A stretch of DNA of 61,827 bases, counting the filler, from Cladosporium halotolerans (taxonomy: Eukaryota): NCBI RefSeq assembly GCF_011745625.1. It is 5 parts of 5 records of this genome, joined end to end, with 100 filler letters (N's around TTAATTAATTAA, not from the genome) between each part and the next. Parts side by side here need not be neighbours in the genome. Positions count along the whole stretch, not along the records: positions 1 to 12,382 come from NW_027191578.1; 4 more parts are not named here. One strand, written 5' to 3'. Of this stretch, positions 1 through 12,382 are shown piece after piece (positions within the stretch are counted from its first letter, which is position 1; each line of letters begins with the position of its first letter). A program made the position numbers and the translations under genes. The notes beneath the pieces are model-generated. The model was not told where the DNA came from. It saw only the letters and a program-made list of their open reading frames with translations, and did no database searches.

Positions 1-513
1 AGCAAAAGGTCACCGTCCGGACAGATGATGTCGACAGTTTGGGCCGTACAGATTCCTGGCTGGTCAGCCGTCATGGTGTGTTGGTGGCGTCAACCTGAGA
101 GATCATAACACGATGAACAGGAAACAAAAATTTGCACGAGTGGTGTTGTGGGGAAATTCGGGTCTTTTGTTCGCTTGGTGGATGTACGGAGACACGCGAA
201 GATCGGAGATGAGGGGTCTCGTGCGTGAGCAGGAGGCATTGACTTTGCTCGCAGAGTTCCTCACCTGCCCCCTCCCCTCCCTTTCCCTCCCCCCTCACTT
301 CCTGCCACCGTCTTTGGCCCTGGCTTTTTGCCTTCCTTCACATGCGTTCCACAGGATGTGTTTGGCGCCATCCTTGGGAGCAAATCCTCTTCCAAAAGAG
401 CTTGAATTTGTTTCAGCGTTGGACATTATCTTCTTCACTGCTTCAAAACCCCTGGTCAGACCGACACCCAAATCCTGACACTTCCTTCCCGCTTCTGATT
501 CACAACTTTCGAC

Positions 514-2725
514 ATGCCTTGCAATGTATACTCCGAAATTTGCGAACACTTTCGAGGGTATGCTTTGCTGGAACTTGCGAACGTAGAGCTCCTAAACGGT
601 GGAGTTACAGACAAAGAAAGAGTTGAGCGATTGCTGAAGGAGTTCAAGCTGCAAGGGTGCCGTCGGGATGATGAGATACATGCTATTTCAGTGATGGTTG
701 ACAGCGACGTTTTCGGGAAGGAGTTCATGAGGCATTTGGATCGAGGTTCATCCTGCCATGTGCTGCCGTCAGAACCCCTCCGTGTAAAAGCGACTTGCTT
801 ACGTGGTAAGCACAGAGTCCTGGCGGCGAATCGCCATTTCCAGGAATCAGATCGATGGTGGGTTGCAAAATTGTACGACTGTGGTCAGTGAGCATGCCTG
901 CTGGTTCGATGGACCTTGAAAGTGCTAACCACCGCTGTGTCAGGCCTGCCAGACGCCGCTCAGAACCACATCCGTTGCGAATACAGACCCAAGATCAAAC
1001 CCACCGATGGAGAGATCTTCAGGCAGGTGCTCGATGCCGAGCGTAGAAGCGACGCAATCGAGGCCGCTCGCTGGTCGCAAATGCTGACGCCACGCAAGCA
1101 ACGTAATTTGCGGGAGATTCGAAGGGTCGATGAGGGAAGACTGCTTGCCGCATTCACGCCATTGCTTCCTTACATCGCTCTTTGGGTCGATCTAAAGCCT
1201 GGAGCGTTGAACCGGGTGCTACCATTACGTTGCCGCGAGGTGCGTCTCGCCATCTGAGCACCCGCTGCGACAGCGCAAGTTAACATCGCTGCAGGAAGTG
1301 TATCACTACCTCAAGTGTCTGCATCATGTGTGGTCACGCATTCTCGATGGAATCGTGATGCCAGAGTGTTTGGACGCGGCCACGGTGAAGCTTTTGTGCC
1401 TCCGGATGCCAGCGCATTCCGCGCGTGATGCGTTTTTAATAGATAAGGCGTGGCAAGCCTCTGCCGTTTTCAGCGCTGTCAGCGAGAGGCGGCCACGCGC
1501 CGTCTTGCTGGCCAGGACTCTTGCCTGCGAGAAGGTACTCACCTTTAGCACCTTCCATGCAGATGTGACCTTGCTGGAGCTTTGTTACAACCCTTTACGG
1601 CAATTGTGGCCGGGCGGGAAGTGCAGCCTCCGAGAAGCTTGTCGTGCTTCGTTCGCCCGAGACGGCAAGGACTTTGTAGCGAGGTACGTCGAAATATGGT
1701 TGTACACCATCAAGAATTATCCAAAGTTGAATTTGGTGAGGAGTCACGGGCTGAAGAAGGTTGGCCACAAAGCCCCGGCGGAATCGATGCTTCACGAGGA
1801 CCCAGCCGTGTCAGCACATGCGTCCTTTGTTCACTCACGCGGTTTCAGATCGGAGGTGATTGAGTCACTTCGTACGCGTCGAAAGGAGGATAAGAAAGGG
1901 TCAGGGACGCCACGACCGGCCTCGGTCGAACGATTTGAAGAGGTCCGCTTGCAAGACCGCTCTGGACGCCCGCCGATGACGCTGTTCCATCACTGGCAAG
2001 CGATCACACTCGACGATGTATTACATAGAGGTAATGCAAATTTCGCAGATCACACTTCTCCCCTAGTGATCGCGCGGAGCTTCGTCCGGTGTTTCTTTGA
2101 GTCTGAAATGTTGCACGACCCAAGAACTACAGTCAAAACTGAGCTGGGCTCAAGCTTTGCAGTCACAGAAGCAAGAGAATCGCCGAAGGATGACAAGCCT
2201 TTCAGAGCAAGCCGTGTATCCTTTTGCAATGGGTCTGAGAGATTTTTGGGGTCCCTGGCCTCACCTGTGCGCTGTAAAGATGCCGACGACCAAATCCGGG
2301 CCTCCAAAGCCGTGGAACCCATCTTAGATCAACTAGTCCGGCTGAACCCTCGCTTTGAAGCGCTGGAGCCTCTTCCAACGCCACTGCAAGACGACACACC
2401 GGTCCCAACGCCGCATCAAGACTCGCTGCGGGCAAATGGTCATATCGATGGCGCTATGGCAGTAGACTCAGCCAGCAGTCCCAAAGCAGCAGTTCAGAGG
2501 AGTAGGCCGCAAATGCGCGGTCGGGGCAAAGTGGCGCACCAAACACCCATGCCATCTTTCAGAGCGGCCGTACCGATATACAAGAAAGCTACGTCCATCA
2601 AAGCAGATCGCATTACTGGCACAGGGAGAGTTACAAAGTCGCAGCCGCAGACTGGGCAGGGGCTCCTTAATCTACGTCTAGTAGACGAGCATCTGGCCAA
2701 GCATCTGGCCAGTCATGCTAAATGA
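514..2725 (+). CDS. DUF3723-family protein (Starship-associated); 3 exons 514-883, 944-1239, 1295-2725
   Basis: Three ORFs join in frame through GT..AG introns: 884-943 (GTCAGT, GCTAAC, CAG) and 1240-1294 (GTGCGT, GTTAAC, CAG). Motifs CLRGKHRVLAA..DRWWVAKLY, DGEIFRQV, CREEVYHYL..VWSRIL, LDAATVKLL..P..S..D and TFSTFHAD match my recollection of DUF3723 proteins. The C-terminus is low-complexity. Confidence 0.85.
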
Positions 2726-5700
2726 GAACAAGTAATGTCACATTGGCAGCAAGCGTTTCTTTTGACCTGCGTAAGGCTATCGTCGACGGTAAGTGGTGTG
2801 GTTATGGACAAAGGATACTCCTGGAGTCTTGGGGGCGAAATAGGCATTCAATCACTGTGTACTGTATGCGTTTGGAGAAAATAAATCGACAACTGTTTCC
2901 GTGCATGTGATAAGTACAGTGCTGCTCTATCACGGTGGTGAGATGCATTCGTGACGTACTGTACATCTGCCTACAAGAACGATGCCACCGCATAGTACTC
3001 TCGCCGCCGCCATGGAATGGCGACTGCGATTTTGACCCCAAGAGAGGAAGTGCCGAGAAGATGGCGTCTCACTGGGTAGCATACGATCCAGATCCACTAC
3101 ACCTTGCACGTGCGCTTGGGGGACTGCACGCGCGGTTGAGTGATTGGAACTGCCCACTCCAGTCCTTGCTTCTATATGTAATCACAACCATCTTCCCCAC
3201 GTCACCTTCTTCGCACTTCACACCTTGATACTGATCTGATGAGCAGCTCAACGAGCTAACGACGAAGCGATCCGATCTCTCGTCTCCCGCCTCCTGCCAG
3301 CATCAACAAAAGCCATCACTGTAATCAGCGGAAGGATGGGTCTGTGGCAGCTACTTAGCATAACAAAACGCGACGCGCACGGCTGACAAGCACAGGACCA
3401 AACCGCGTACCATCGACAGCGACCGAATCACACGATATCCCTGAATGCATTGACGAGCCGTGCATGTTCTTGTTCGACGAGGAGTACCAGCTGTGGAACA
3501 ATCGAAAGCCTGCTCCCATCTTCAACATGCGTCTGACGAGGAAGACTCAGATTCGGAGACGGCTCCGATCTACAGAAGTCAGTAAACTTAGAGAAGGAGA
3601 GAAGGGCAACAGCCATACTGCGACAAGTCGGTAGCATCACGACCACTGACGACTGAGATTCTGCGGAAATCGGACAGCCAGACCGACACAAGCGCGCGCA
3701 CGACAGGGATGAGAATGAAGGGATGAAAATAAGAGGCTGATATGACATGTGGGGACGGAATATGGCTCGAGCGAGGAGTTTGTCGTCAAGGCAGAATTCG
3801 GCCATGTCTATCTATCATACAACGCAGGACCCTACATCACATTCTTGTACTCGATCAAAGTGCGGAATTATCCTTCGACCGTCCACTGTTGCGCTTTTGG
3901 CGTAAATGCACTCTCACATCGAGTCTTTGCTATCGCCTAGCAAATTGGTCGAAAGCCACGTTGTCATCCAATTGCTGGGGCGCAAAAAGGCCTCAACGAA
4001 ACTCCGCCATCACTACGCAATTGCCACTCGGGAACAGACCTCAGAAAAGATTAAAGCGAAGACTGCAAACGCCGACATTCTCGTGGCTTCGGGCACGCGT
4101 GTCTTCACCTCCTCTGTTGTGATACATCTTGCCAAGCGGACAGTACGACCATTACAGATTTCCCGGCAGCGACAAACAGTAATACGTACCATGTCATCGT
4201 CGGAATCATTCCGTTTCGCTTTCAACATAATGTTGTGTGCGCCATAAATTACCAACACCTCTCACAGGTCTTGCCAATTCTCGGTGCCCACTCGTGCTCA
4301 TCTAGACTGTGTGGTACTAAGTCTTTTGGGGTCCTCTTTCTTGACCATTCGTCAACCCTGACACAACGCTTGTTAAGCTCAATTTGCCGGTTCTTTTGGG
4401 GGTCATGCGATCCGCTTGCGCGCTGCCGGTAAACATAAATCTTTACTCACCACTTTTTAGCATGTGCGCACGTACATGCAGCCAAGGTTGTGACGGACAC
4501 GATATTCTTGCCCCGAATTCACGTCGTCTTCGGAGATATCATCTTGTCAAGTAGCCTGCACACCGTCTTCACATCATGTGCAGCATCGGGATTTCTTGAT
4601 CGTCTTGTTGGTGCGAGGCAAAGTCCACAATGACAAAAGTAGCGCTCGTGACGTGTGGCGTTGCGACGCACCGAACTTGGCAATCTAAACTGCATCAGCG
4701 TATGCTTGGCTGGAAATGGACGAAGTTTGATCGTAGCTGACGAGCATACAATCTCCATCATCGACATTGTGACCGGCAAGGTATTCGACCCCGGATCTCC
4801 CCTCATTCATGACCCCAGCCTTCTCCCCCCAAAGGTGCGCTTCGACAAGGCCGCAGCTGGCTTACATGGGCTTCGTCACGCTGTGATTCGCTGAACACAA
4901 CATTGTGGCTCTGCTGAAGTCATACATCATGCGCATGGCACTTCGATTTGGCTTGGAATTGAAAGGTCAAATAGGTGCCGGCGCGCCTTGTACATGTTGC
5001 ACATATTGGTCCAAGCCATGAGTACAGTCGCCATGGTATAGGGGAGTATAACGACGCGCCATCCAAAAGAACAGCAAGAGAACAGGAACTTCCTGAAGTG
5101 TTCGACCTTGCACTGTACGTGCGCGCGTCACTCGAAATTGCAAACAGAAGAGTCGTGCTGCGCGGTGGTAGCGCTAGATCGATCGCTAGAACGATGCGGT
5201 CAGTAATCTTATCAGTCGTGGCGACATTTTTGTTCGACTTACTTATCTGTCCACAACAGGGCACTGACAAGACCTTTCGACAGATCTTTCGTGCGCGAGC
5301 GAGACAGGAATTTTGCATGCGCATCTGAAGACTTTGTTGAAGCTTGTCGATATCGCTGCGACATGAGGATATATTCTGCCTTGTTCTAGCGAGCCGAGGG
5401 GCTATCCGCAATCCCTAAGCTTGCTATACGAGGTCGACCTCAAAGAAGGTATAGAAGCGATGCCGTGGGTCTTGGGCACGGAACAAATGATGACGGTGAC
5501 AATGAACAGAATCAAGAAGAGGAAGAAGTGCAGTCGAAAATGACATGTCCAAGACGGGACAATCGTGTCAAATATTGTTTGGCCTGGATCAAGTGAGACT
5601 CGACAGCGCTCGAACCGCCAGAGCGGGCAGCCGAGGCAGTGCATCACCTGTGAGGGCGAGTGACTTGATGTAAAAATTGGCGGAAGGCCATCCTATTGGG

Positions 5701-7930
5701 CGCGGGGGACTCGGACTGTCAACCCCCTGTATGCTAGTGCATCGACGTGATTAGACACTCGCCCTTCCAAACCGAGGTGACTTCATAGCCAATACATCGG
5801 ACAAGGATGTTGACTCATGATGGATCGTTGCACAGAAGGTCACCTTGCCGCACATGACGCAACATTAAAGCTTGATCATCTAAAGACACACTACCAATGG
5901 TGCGAGAGCACACTTGAATTCATCCCAAGATCCACTGGTTTTAATAAAATCCGACCGGCCTATGCTGACGAGAGTCGTTAGCAAACGTTCAAGTCGCAAT
6001 TCCAGACTGACCAGTGAAGGTCAGATATCCGGGCATATCTGTCGAGACGCCACCCGGCTGATCGACCAAAAGATGTATGAACAGCCGCACGGGAAAAACA
6101 TCATCGACTGTGATATGAAAATGCGAGCAACCCGTGAACGATCAAAGTTACTCTTTGTAATATCGTAGGAAGGATTCGTCAACAAGGTGATTTACAAAAG
6201 AAAACATTGCACGGACATCAGTCGGCGTGACACTAAAGAGCACACCTGCCGCGCAAAAGCGGCACATCATTGGCTAGACGTTTGCTCTGAAGCAGACTTT
6301 CGAGTTCGAAATTGCGCAAGTGGCCATTGCAGGGTGCAACATGCAATCAGTAATATGACGACGCACACATGGCTAGATGTTCAACTGCCGTGCGACACAT
6401 TGAAGACTTACTTCATCACTACTCGGCACAAGCGTGATTTGCAAAAGCTGAGACATAATGTGTTTGAACTTGCACATCGAGCCTCACCTTTCAGAACCAA
6501 ATAAAATCACACGGCACCACTTCCAAGTGCGAATTACCCGAAATATACGCAAGGTCGCTGAAGGTGCGCGATTCTCGAGTCTATTTCTCTGCGTATCGCC
6601 AGCGGAATGACTTATCACGTTGAGTTCATGATGGTCCAGTGGTCGTGACCATCGCATTTAGTCTGTACTTTGGAGGTACGACTGTTCACCACGTTCACCA
6701 AAACTGTATTATTGGCCATCGTCTTTTCTGTTTGCTTCCCTCCTCTGTCTTGCTGGAAGCTAAAGAAATCTTGTAGTGCAGCTGAACGTTACTGCAGCAC
6801 TGATATCAAGCCTCATCTCCATTTCTGTGCAGCTGTCAATTATCAAGACCAGGACGCGTGATCAACTCTCCCAGGCGATGATTTCTACGATAATTGCCTC
6901 AAGCTTGCAATTGTCTCAGGTTTGGAGCGCTCGCAATGGTCTGCAAACATCGCAAATCAGATATTTACGGTGTCATGAATCCTGCTTTTCCAAGTCAAAC
7001 GTATTACTTCATCTAATGATACGCTGAACATCAACAACCTGTACAACATCTGGATCTTCCACAACAGATGCAGTATCTCTGATGTGAAGCTCCGAGAATC
7101 AGTCCTAACGAGACTTTGTACTGGCTACACAGATAGTGTTCTTCTTCCAAGTAATCATGATGCATTTCAAGCGACAGAGCGACGCCATTTAATGTAGACT
7201 CAGCCATGATCAGCCAGTAAGTTCCTCGATGTGAGCTTGACCCATACGAGCGAGGTACCCTGCGTGACGCGGGCAGCCAGTCCACTCCGCTCTCTGCGAT
7301 TCTGTCCCCTGTTCGACGTCTATCGCCCAATCTTTGGCTTTGGGAGCTGGTGAAGCTTGGGTTCTTTATCGGCGTCCTTTGAATTTGCCCGAGTCAGCGG
7401 CAAGCTCCTTGTGCCAATGTAGAGCCAAGAGCCAGGTCCAGTCGCGTACTTGGATCACTTTTTTCGGACGGCAATCGTAGAATTACCCGTGAGCAGCAAA
7501 GCCATCGTGCGAAGCACACGTCACAAGAGCTTTTTCATTTTGTGGGATGTCTTGTCCGAATTTTGAGATGGATTTTCTGAAGCCAAAACGCGTGCGTAGA
7601 TACCATCGCAGCGCACAAGTGCCTGGGCTGTACCGATCAATGATCTCGAAGTCGAGAACAAAATTGACTTCTTGTGCAGACCGGGCGCGATGCGCTCCCT
7701 AGAGTCAAGCGCTTTTCGAACCAGGACAGGCCGGGGAACTTCGAAAAGGTCTGTCATCCACCACACTTGTCAGCACGTCGTCTCTTGCGGGAGTTGTGTG
7801 TGTACGACGCTCGCACAAAGTTTGACGTCGACCACACCAGCTGCGGCGGTAAGGCAGGTTTGCTTGACAACGTAATGTCACGCTGATATTGCGATGAGCG
7901 GATGGCACAGGTAGCTTGGTGAAGCAGTCG

Positions 7931-7948
7931 TTAGGGTAAGGGTTTGGG
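7931..7948 (+). repeat. Degenerate interstitial telomere-like repeat
   Basis: TTAGGG TAAGGG TTTGGG. Confidence 0.4.
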
Positions 7949-8210
7949 TACGAAGGAAAAATTGGGATAGCCCTGACATTTCAGCCCACGTGAAGCAAAA
8001 GGAATACGTCCTAGGAAAAGCCGATTGGCAGATTCTTGGTTGGCATGGTTCCTCAGATGGACGCGTCTTTGATTTTCCCCCCTCGTTTCTAGGTGACCCC
8101 CCTCCCTCTCCCAATCGGGACCGCAGCATGCCACGGACACCGGAGTTCGCACACTTAAATCAGCCTTCAGTCCTTCTCTCTATCTCATCGCGCTTCACCA
8201 AAAACAAACG

Positions 8211-9056
8211 ATGGTTTTATTGTTGTTTCTACTCACGCACCTCTTTCCCGGTCTTGCTTACGGCATGGTCGACATCGGACCTGCTAGGCTCAGCGTCGAT
8301 GTGTTCATGACCATGGATTCCTCAAAGGGCACTCCCTCTCCGTCCAGCGGAGCAATCGCAAGCAATTCCGTCGCGCAAACGACGGCGCAACCTCCTTCGC
8401 TGACAACGTCCCCGGGGCATCTATCCTCCGAAGCCTCGTCCTATCTCGCTTCGGCTCGGGATTACTTGAAGGGCGCTTTGCAAGTATCCGACTTAGCAAA
8501 ATCACCCGTGGCGGACACCACTACCGCAGTCACGAACACGGCTCCTACGTCTACACCATCAATCCCATTGTTAGCCGGCGCTTCATCGTATCTAGCATCA
8601 GCTTGGCATGGCGTGCAAGGAGCTCTGGACGGTCCTGGGCTTTCAAGCTCGGACGGATCGCAGCCTCCCTTCGGGTTTTCGACCGCTATCGACTGGTCAG
8701 CTGGTAGTGATGTCGAAAGCAGCAGCCGGGCTTCTCGTCCGTGCCAGTCACCAACTTCTTCTACAAACACAAGACATTGCTCCAAAACCGCTAGCCACAC
8801 AAGTCTGTTGTCTGCACCCACTGCAGGTCCCGCATCTGGGGATCCCACGATGAGTCCTCACCCTGCGTCGAACGGTACAGGCACTTGGACTTGGCCGTCG
8901 ATCGTTTCGGCGTCGCCAACCGCCAGTGGTCCCTCGAACGGGTCAGCCTCCAGCGCTTCCCCGGTTGTTGCGAACAATAGCGCGAACGAAAGATCGAGAG
9001 CAGGATACTGGGCTTGGTGGACATTTGGGGCTTTCGCCCTTGTGGTAGATACTTGA
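8211..9056 (+). CDS. Secreted Ser/Thr/Pro-rich, probably GPI-anchored cell-surface protein
   Basis: N-terminal signal peptide MVLLLFLLTHLFPGLAYG, an S/T/P-rich body and an internal repeat ASSYLASA (x2). It ends in a small-residue omega-like site (ANNSA) followed by a hydrophobic tail (YWAWWTFGAFALVV). Confidence 0.75.
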   Translation: MVLLLFLLTHLFPGLAYGMVDIGPARLSVDVFMTMDSSKGTPSPSSGAIASNSVAQTTAQPPSLTTSPGHLSSEASSYLASARDYLKGALQVSDLAKSPVADTTTAVTNTAPTSTPSIPLLAGASSYLASAWHGVQGALDGPGLSSSDGSQPPFGFSTAIDWSAGSDVESSSRASRPCQSPTSSTNTRHCSKTASHTSLLSAPTAGPASGDPTMSPHPASNGTGTWTWPSIVSASPTASGPSNGSASSASPVVANNSANERSRAGYWAWWTFGAFALVVDT

Positions 9057-9866
9057 TGCAGGATACAGGCGGTGGACGCCTCCTGTGATGGTTGCAAGAT
9101 GGTCGCGGAGAGTTGTCTGACGTGATCGAGATGGCTGTTTGGCTACTGGCCTGCGTTAAGACTGCAACATGAATGTCATGAACAGCGTGTATTTGAGGTT
9201 GCAATGGGGTCAGTCAAGAGCCTGTGTCGAGCGAACAATTCAGAGCAACACAGTACAGACTCACAGTTCCATCCCAAGCAGTTGTGTGTATTTTACCTAC
9301 AAGTTGACTTAACGTCCATCCACCTGTGCGGGGATTTCGCATGTGCCAGGGCACTTCTTCTGATCTTCGCTCTGCATCCGCTATCCACACCACATCTCAC
9401 TGCTCACCCATCTCTTGCTGCTCTAATTTATTGTCATTTGCCTACAGGCCTGACCGTGTGTCGAAGCGCCGATCGCGTAGAAAGCCGTGAGTTACCATCG
9501 TTCAGCTCGTCGCTGTCGTCATTCCATGCTTCTGCTTCCGAGCTCGCGCAGAAGCAACACATAAGTTCGAAATGCGTTGGAAGTAAATTAGATGCGCTAG
9601 ATGCGCTGCGTGAAGAAGAAAGTCGTAAATTCGCGTGCGTGCCGCCAGGGACCGTTGACCAGTGTTTCGGCATGCAAATAAGCGCCAACAGACTGGTCTT
9701 TCCACAGGAGCAAGCTTCGGGCACGCTGACTAGGGCCAGACGCTGACACGCACCGATGTCGTCGCTTTCGCTCTCGTTGATTCGCTAGGGGAACGCTGCG
9801 CGACAATGCAGGCTGGCCGTCCGCTCCGTCCGCAGACAAGCCGCGTCACGGCAGTTCTGATCTTAT

Positions 9867-10283
9867 CTAGCGGGGCCGACCGTCGATAGTCTCGCGGTTT
9901 TCAGCTGATGACGCCATTGACACAATCTGACGTTTCGTCTGGCCCCAGACTAGCCGATGGTGGAGATCTGTAGTGGGGAACCCCGACCGGATCGACTCGA
10001 CAAGCTCATCGATAGATGCGCCGAGTCGCATTCGGGCCAAGAGACATGTGGAGTCTTCGTCGCTAACAAATCTCAATGCCCCCGGGACAACGTGCAAATG
10101 CTCTAATTGAGTTTCTGCCTCCTTTAACTGCTTCTTGAGATTTTCATTTCTCGTCATGCCGTCAGGAACGTCCCATGAGCATTCCAGTCCTCTCGCTCTC
10201 GCATTGCAGAATTGACAGACAGGACGCTGTGCTGGGCACTTTGTCTTTCGCTTCCGACATTGTATGCAGGCATTCTTAGCCAC
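9867..10283 (-). CDS. Zn(II)2Cys6 transcription factor, short; 5' end apparently disrupted by a poly(A) retro-insertion
   Basis: ACIQCRKRKTKCPAQRPVCQFCNARARGLEC followed by a coiled-coil (ENLKKQLKEAETQLEHL). There is no in-frame ATG before the cluster; the ORF starts at GTG. Confidence 0.75.
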   Translation of the reverse strand: MAKNACIQCRKRKTKCPAQRPVCQFCNARARGLECSWDVPDGMTRNENLKKQLKEAETQLEHLHVVPGALRFVSDEDSTCLLARMRLGASIDELVESIRSGFPTTDLHHRLVWGQTKRQIVSMASSAENRETIDGRPR

Positions 10284-10304
10284 ATCTGATCTCGTGAGGT
10301 TCGG

Positions 10305-10370
10305 TTTTTTTTTTTTTTTTTTTTCCCCATAGCTTATGGCACGCCGGCTATACTCACGACAGTCTATGTA
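10305..10370 (-). mobile_element. Short LINE 3'-end remnant with poly(A) tail
   Basis: T20 at 10305-10324, followed by ATAGCTTATGGCACGCCGGCTAT (10329-10351). This is 22/23 identical to the LINE 3' UTR motif at 58885-58907, which also lies next to a poly(T). Confidence 0.7.
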
Positions 10371-10450
10371 ACTTCTATGTGTGCTCCCGCGTCAATCCTT
10401 TTGCTGTACAACCCTGCTCGCTGTCCCGACTAATAATAACGAACGCTAAC

Positions 10451-10941
10451 TTATCGCCGGTACAAGCTCGGCAAGCTCCTCAAACATGTCCTTTTGTGCC
10501 TGCATGCGTCTTAGCGAGGCTGCACATTTCTTCTGGAACCAACCCGATTTACCTCTTTAGCGTGTCGTCGCGTGCGGACGTTTTGGGACAATACGGGCAT
10601 ACTTTCGGACGTGCATCGTTGTGCGTCTGTCGTTACGTCAGTGCTTGTTCAGATGGCGACACTGTTGGGAGCCGTCCCCTGTCATGCCTCTTCATATCGG
10701 CTTTGCGGCGGAACCGCTTCGCGCACTCCTTGCATTGGTGTTCCGGCTTCGGATGTCCGCCGTGACCCTTGTTGGGGGCCTTGATGTTGCTTCGATTGCC
10801 GAATGAATTGTCGCAGCTGTCATATCTGGGCTTTTCATTGCCGGACAACACGAATATTCCCGCGCCCCTACAGAATTCTCGAAATGACGGCGGGGGCATC
10901 ACCGGTGCGGCGCACGAGCCTGATTTCCACGTGTCACTCAT
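10451..10941 (-). CDS. Two-finger C2H2/C2HC zinc-finger transcription factor; exons 10941-10678, 10626-10553, 10499-10451; first intron has a non-canonical GG donor (possible pseudogene)
   Basis: Splicing reconstructs CKECAKRFRRKADMKRHDRTH-NDARPKV-CPYCPKTSARDDTLKRHKRTC. Intron 2 is canonical (GTAAAT, GCTAA, CAG). Intron 1 has a branch site CACTGAC and acceptor CAG but donor GGACGG. Confidence 0.8.
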
Positions 10942-11725
10942 TGCAGTATACAAATTTCAATATATGTATGTACTCGTCAAGCAGCTGTTTAATGGAAGAG
11001 CATACCGCAACACTGAAGAGAGCAGATGATCATAAACCAGGGCGTCGTGCCAACAGTGACAAATACACACCTGGTGTCCCTCAATCCGCGTCGAACCCCT
11101 CCGTCACCGCGGTATTTCTCAGTCTAAATCGACCCCCTTTTGTAAATTTCCCATGGTTGCGAAGGGGTCGTGAGCCTGGAGACTGCGACCCCGAGGCGAC
11201 ATTGCGTGCGATGGCGCGCAACGCAGCGCAACGCGTGTTGTACAGTATTGTACCTCACGGCGGCGCATGAATCTAGATCGGAAACTCCGTCGGTTTACTG
11301 TACAGTAGGGCGCTATTGTAGGCAGCGCTGCTGCAGCGTACTATCGAACGCTCACCATGATGCTGAGGGGCCGAATGTATGCCCGTCATTGTTCGGGGCT
11401 ACACCCCAGGGACCGGTTGTCAAGCTGGGGCCTTCGCACGCAGCCTTGCCATATGAGTGGGCTTTTGCTTGAGTCTTGGCAATCTTCTGAACGTGTGTGG
11501 TGCAGCTGTCCGACGAAGAGGGCAGTCGTTTTGCAGCCGCAGCTGTCCAGTAAGTCCTTCTAGCTCAGCTTCGGTCACGATTGGTGAGCTGCACACATAT
11601 ACATACCCATACAAACCTGGTATTATCGTCGCCACCATAGAATCATCAGGAAAGCAACGTTGATTGTCTGAGCGTCGTCGTCGTGGCCAGATTGCGCCGA
11701 AGCACTTCCGAAGTCGACCCTTCTC

Positions 11726-11758
11726 TTGGGTTGAGGGTTGTTAGGGTTAGGGTTGGGG
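11726..11758 (+). repeat. Interstitial telomere-like repeat
   Basis: TTGGG TTGAGGG TTG TTAGGG TTAGGG TTGGGG. Confidence 0.55.
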
Positions 11759-12012
11759 TGACCCATGGAGCATCGTGCTTGTGACGTCATGACCGTGAAA
11801 ACACGTTCGACCGTAATTTAATTTCGACATCAGCGGAGTCACGCTATGCAGTGCAGCTCACGGCGAGCACACTTCAGCACACTTTCCCGAAACTGTACTG
11901 TAGCACCACGCGAGATCGATGATTGACGAATACTTCAGCACATTGCCAGACACTGTAATACACGTGACACCGATGACTGACCACCTGCCAATACACGCAG
12001 GCCCCGCAACAG

Positions 12013-12145
12013 CCAACCCGTTTTTGGCGGGTTGGTTGATGAACTGGTGAGATTAGGCATCAGGCAACCAGTTGGTTGACAGTGGTTTCATCAACCAACC
12101 CTGAAAAATAGGCCAACCAACCCATGGTTGGTTGACAGGGTTGAC
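12013..12145. repeat. Cluster of CAACC(AACC)/GGTTGGTTG inverted repeats, resembling hAT/MITE termini
   Basis: Perfect 15-bp inverted repeat GGGTTGGTTGATGAA (12029-12043) / TTCATCAACCAACCC (12087-12101). Further hairpins at 12013-12035, 12065-12078 and 12114-12134. CAGTGGTTTCATCAACC begins at 12080. Confidence 0.6.
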
Positions 12146-12382
12146 GAGAATTGAGACCATGGAAAATACGATGATTTTCGACCCCAGACGTGGACCCCAA
12201 CTCCAACCCTAGCTTCACAAATTCCCAAGGACCAATGAAAGTCTCAAGAGAAGTCCATTCCGCCCGGCGCTAAGCACCTAAACGGCAATGAAAGTCTGAC
12301 GCGTCTGACGCGGAGCTGATCACCCCCACAATCACTTCGAGAGCGCGTGCCTACGCGTTCTACACGTCCGCACTAGGCGCCG

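Noticed and set aside
3749..5411. Short ORFs with faint kinase-like (AEFGHVY) and WD40-like (LIVADEHTISIIDIVTGK) segments
   Set aside because: Too short and fragmented to assign; possibly a decayed gene.
11871..12145. CRISPR-like repeat array
   Set aside because: Eukaryotic context, no repeat-spacer periodicity and no cas genes.
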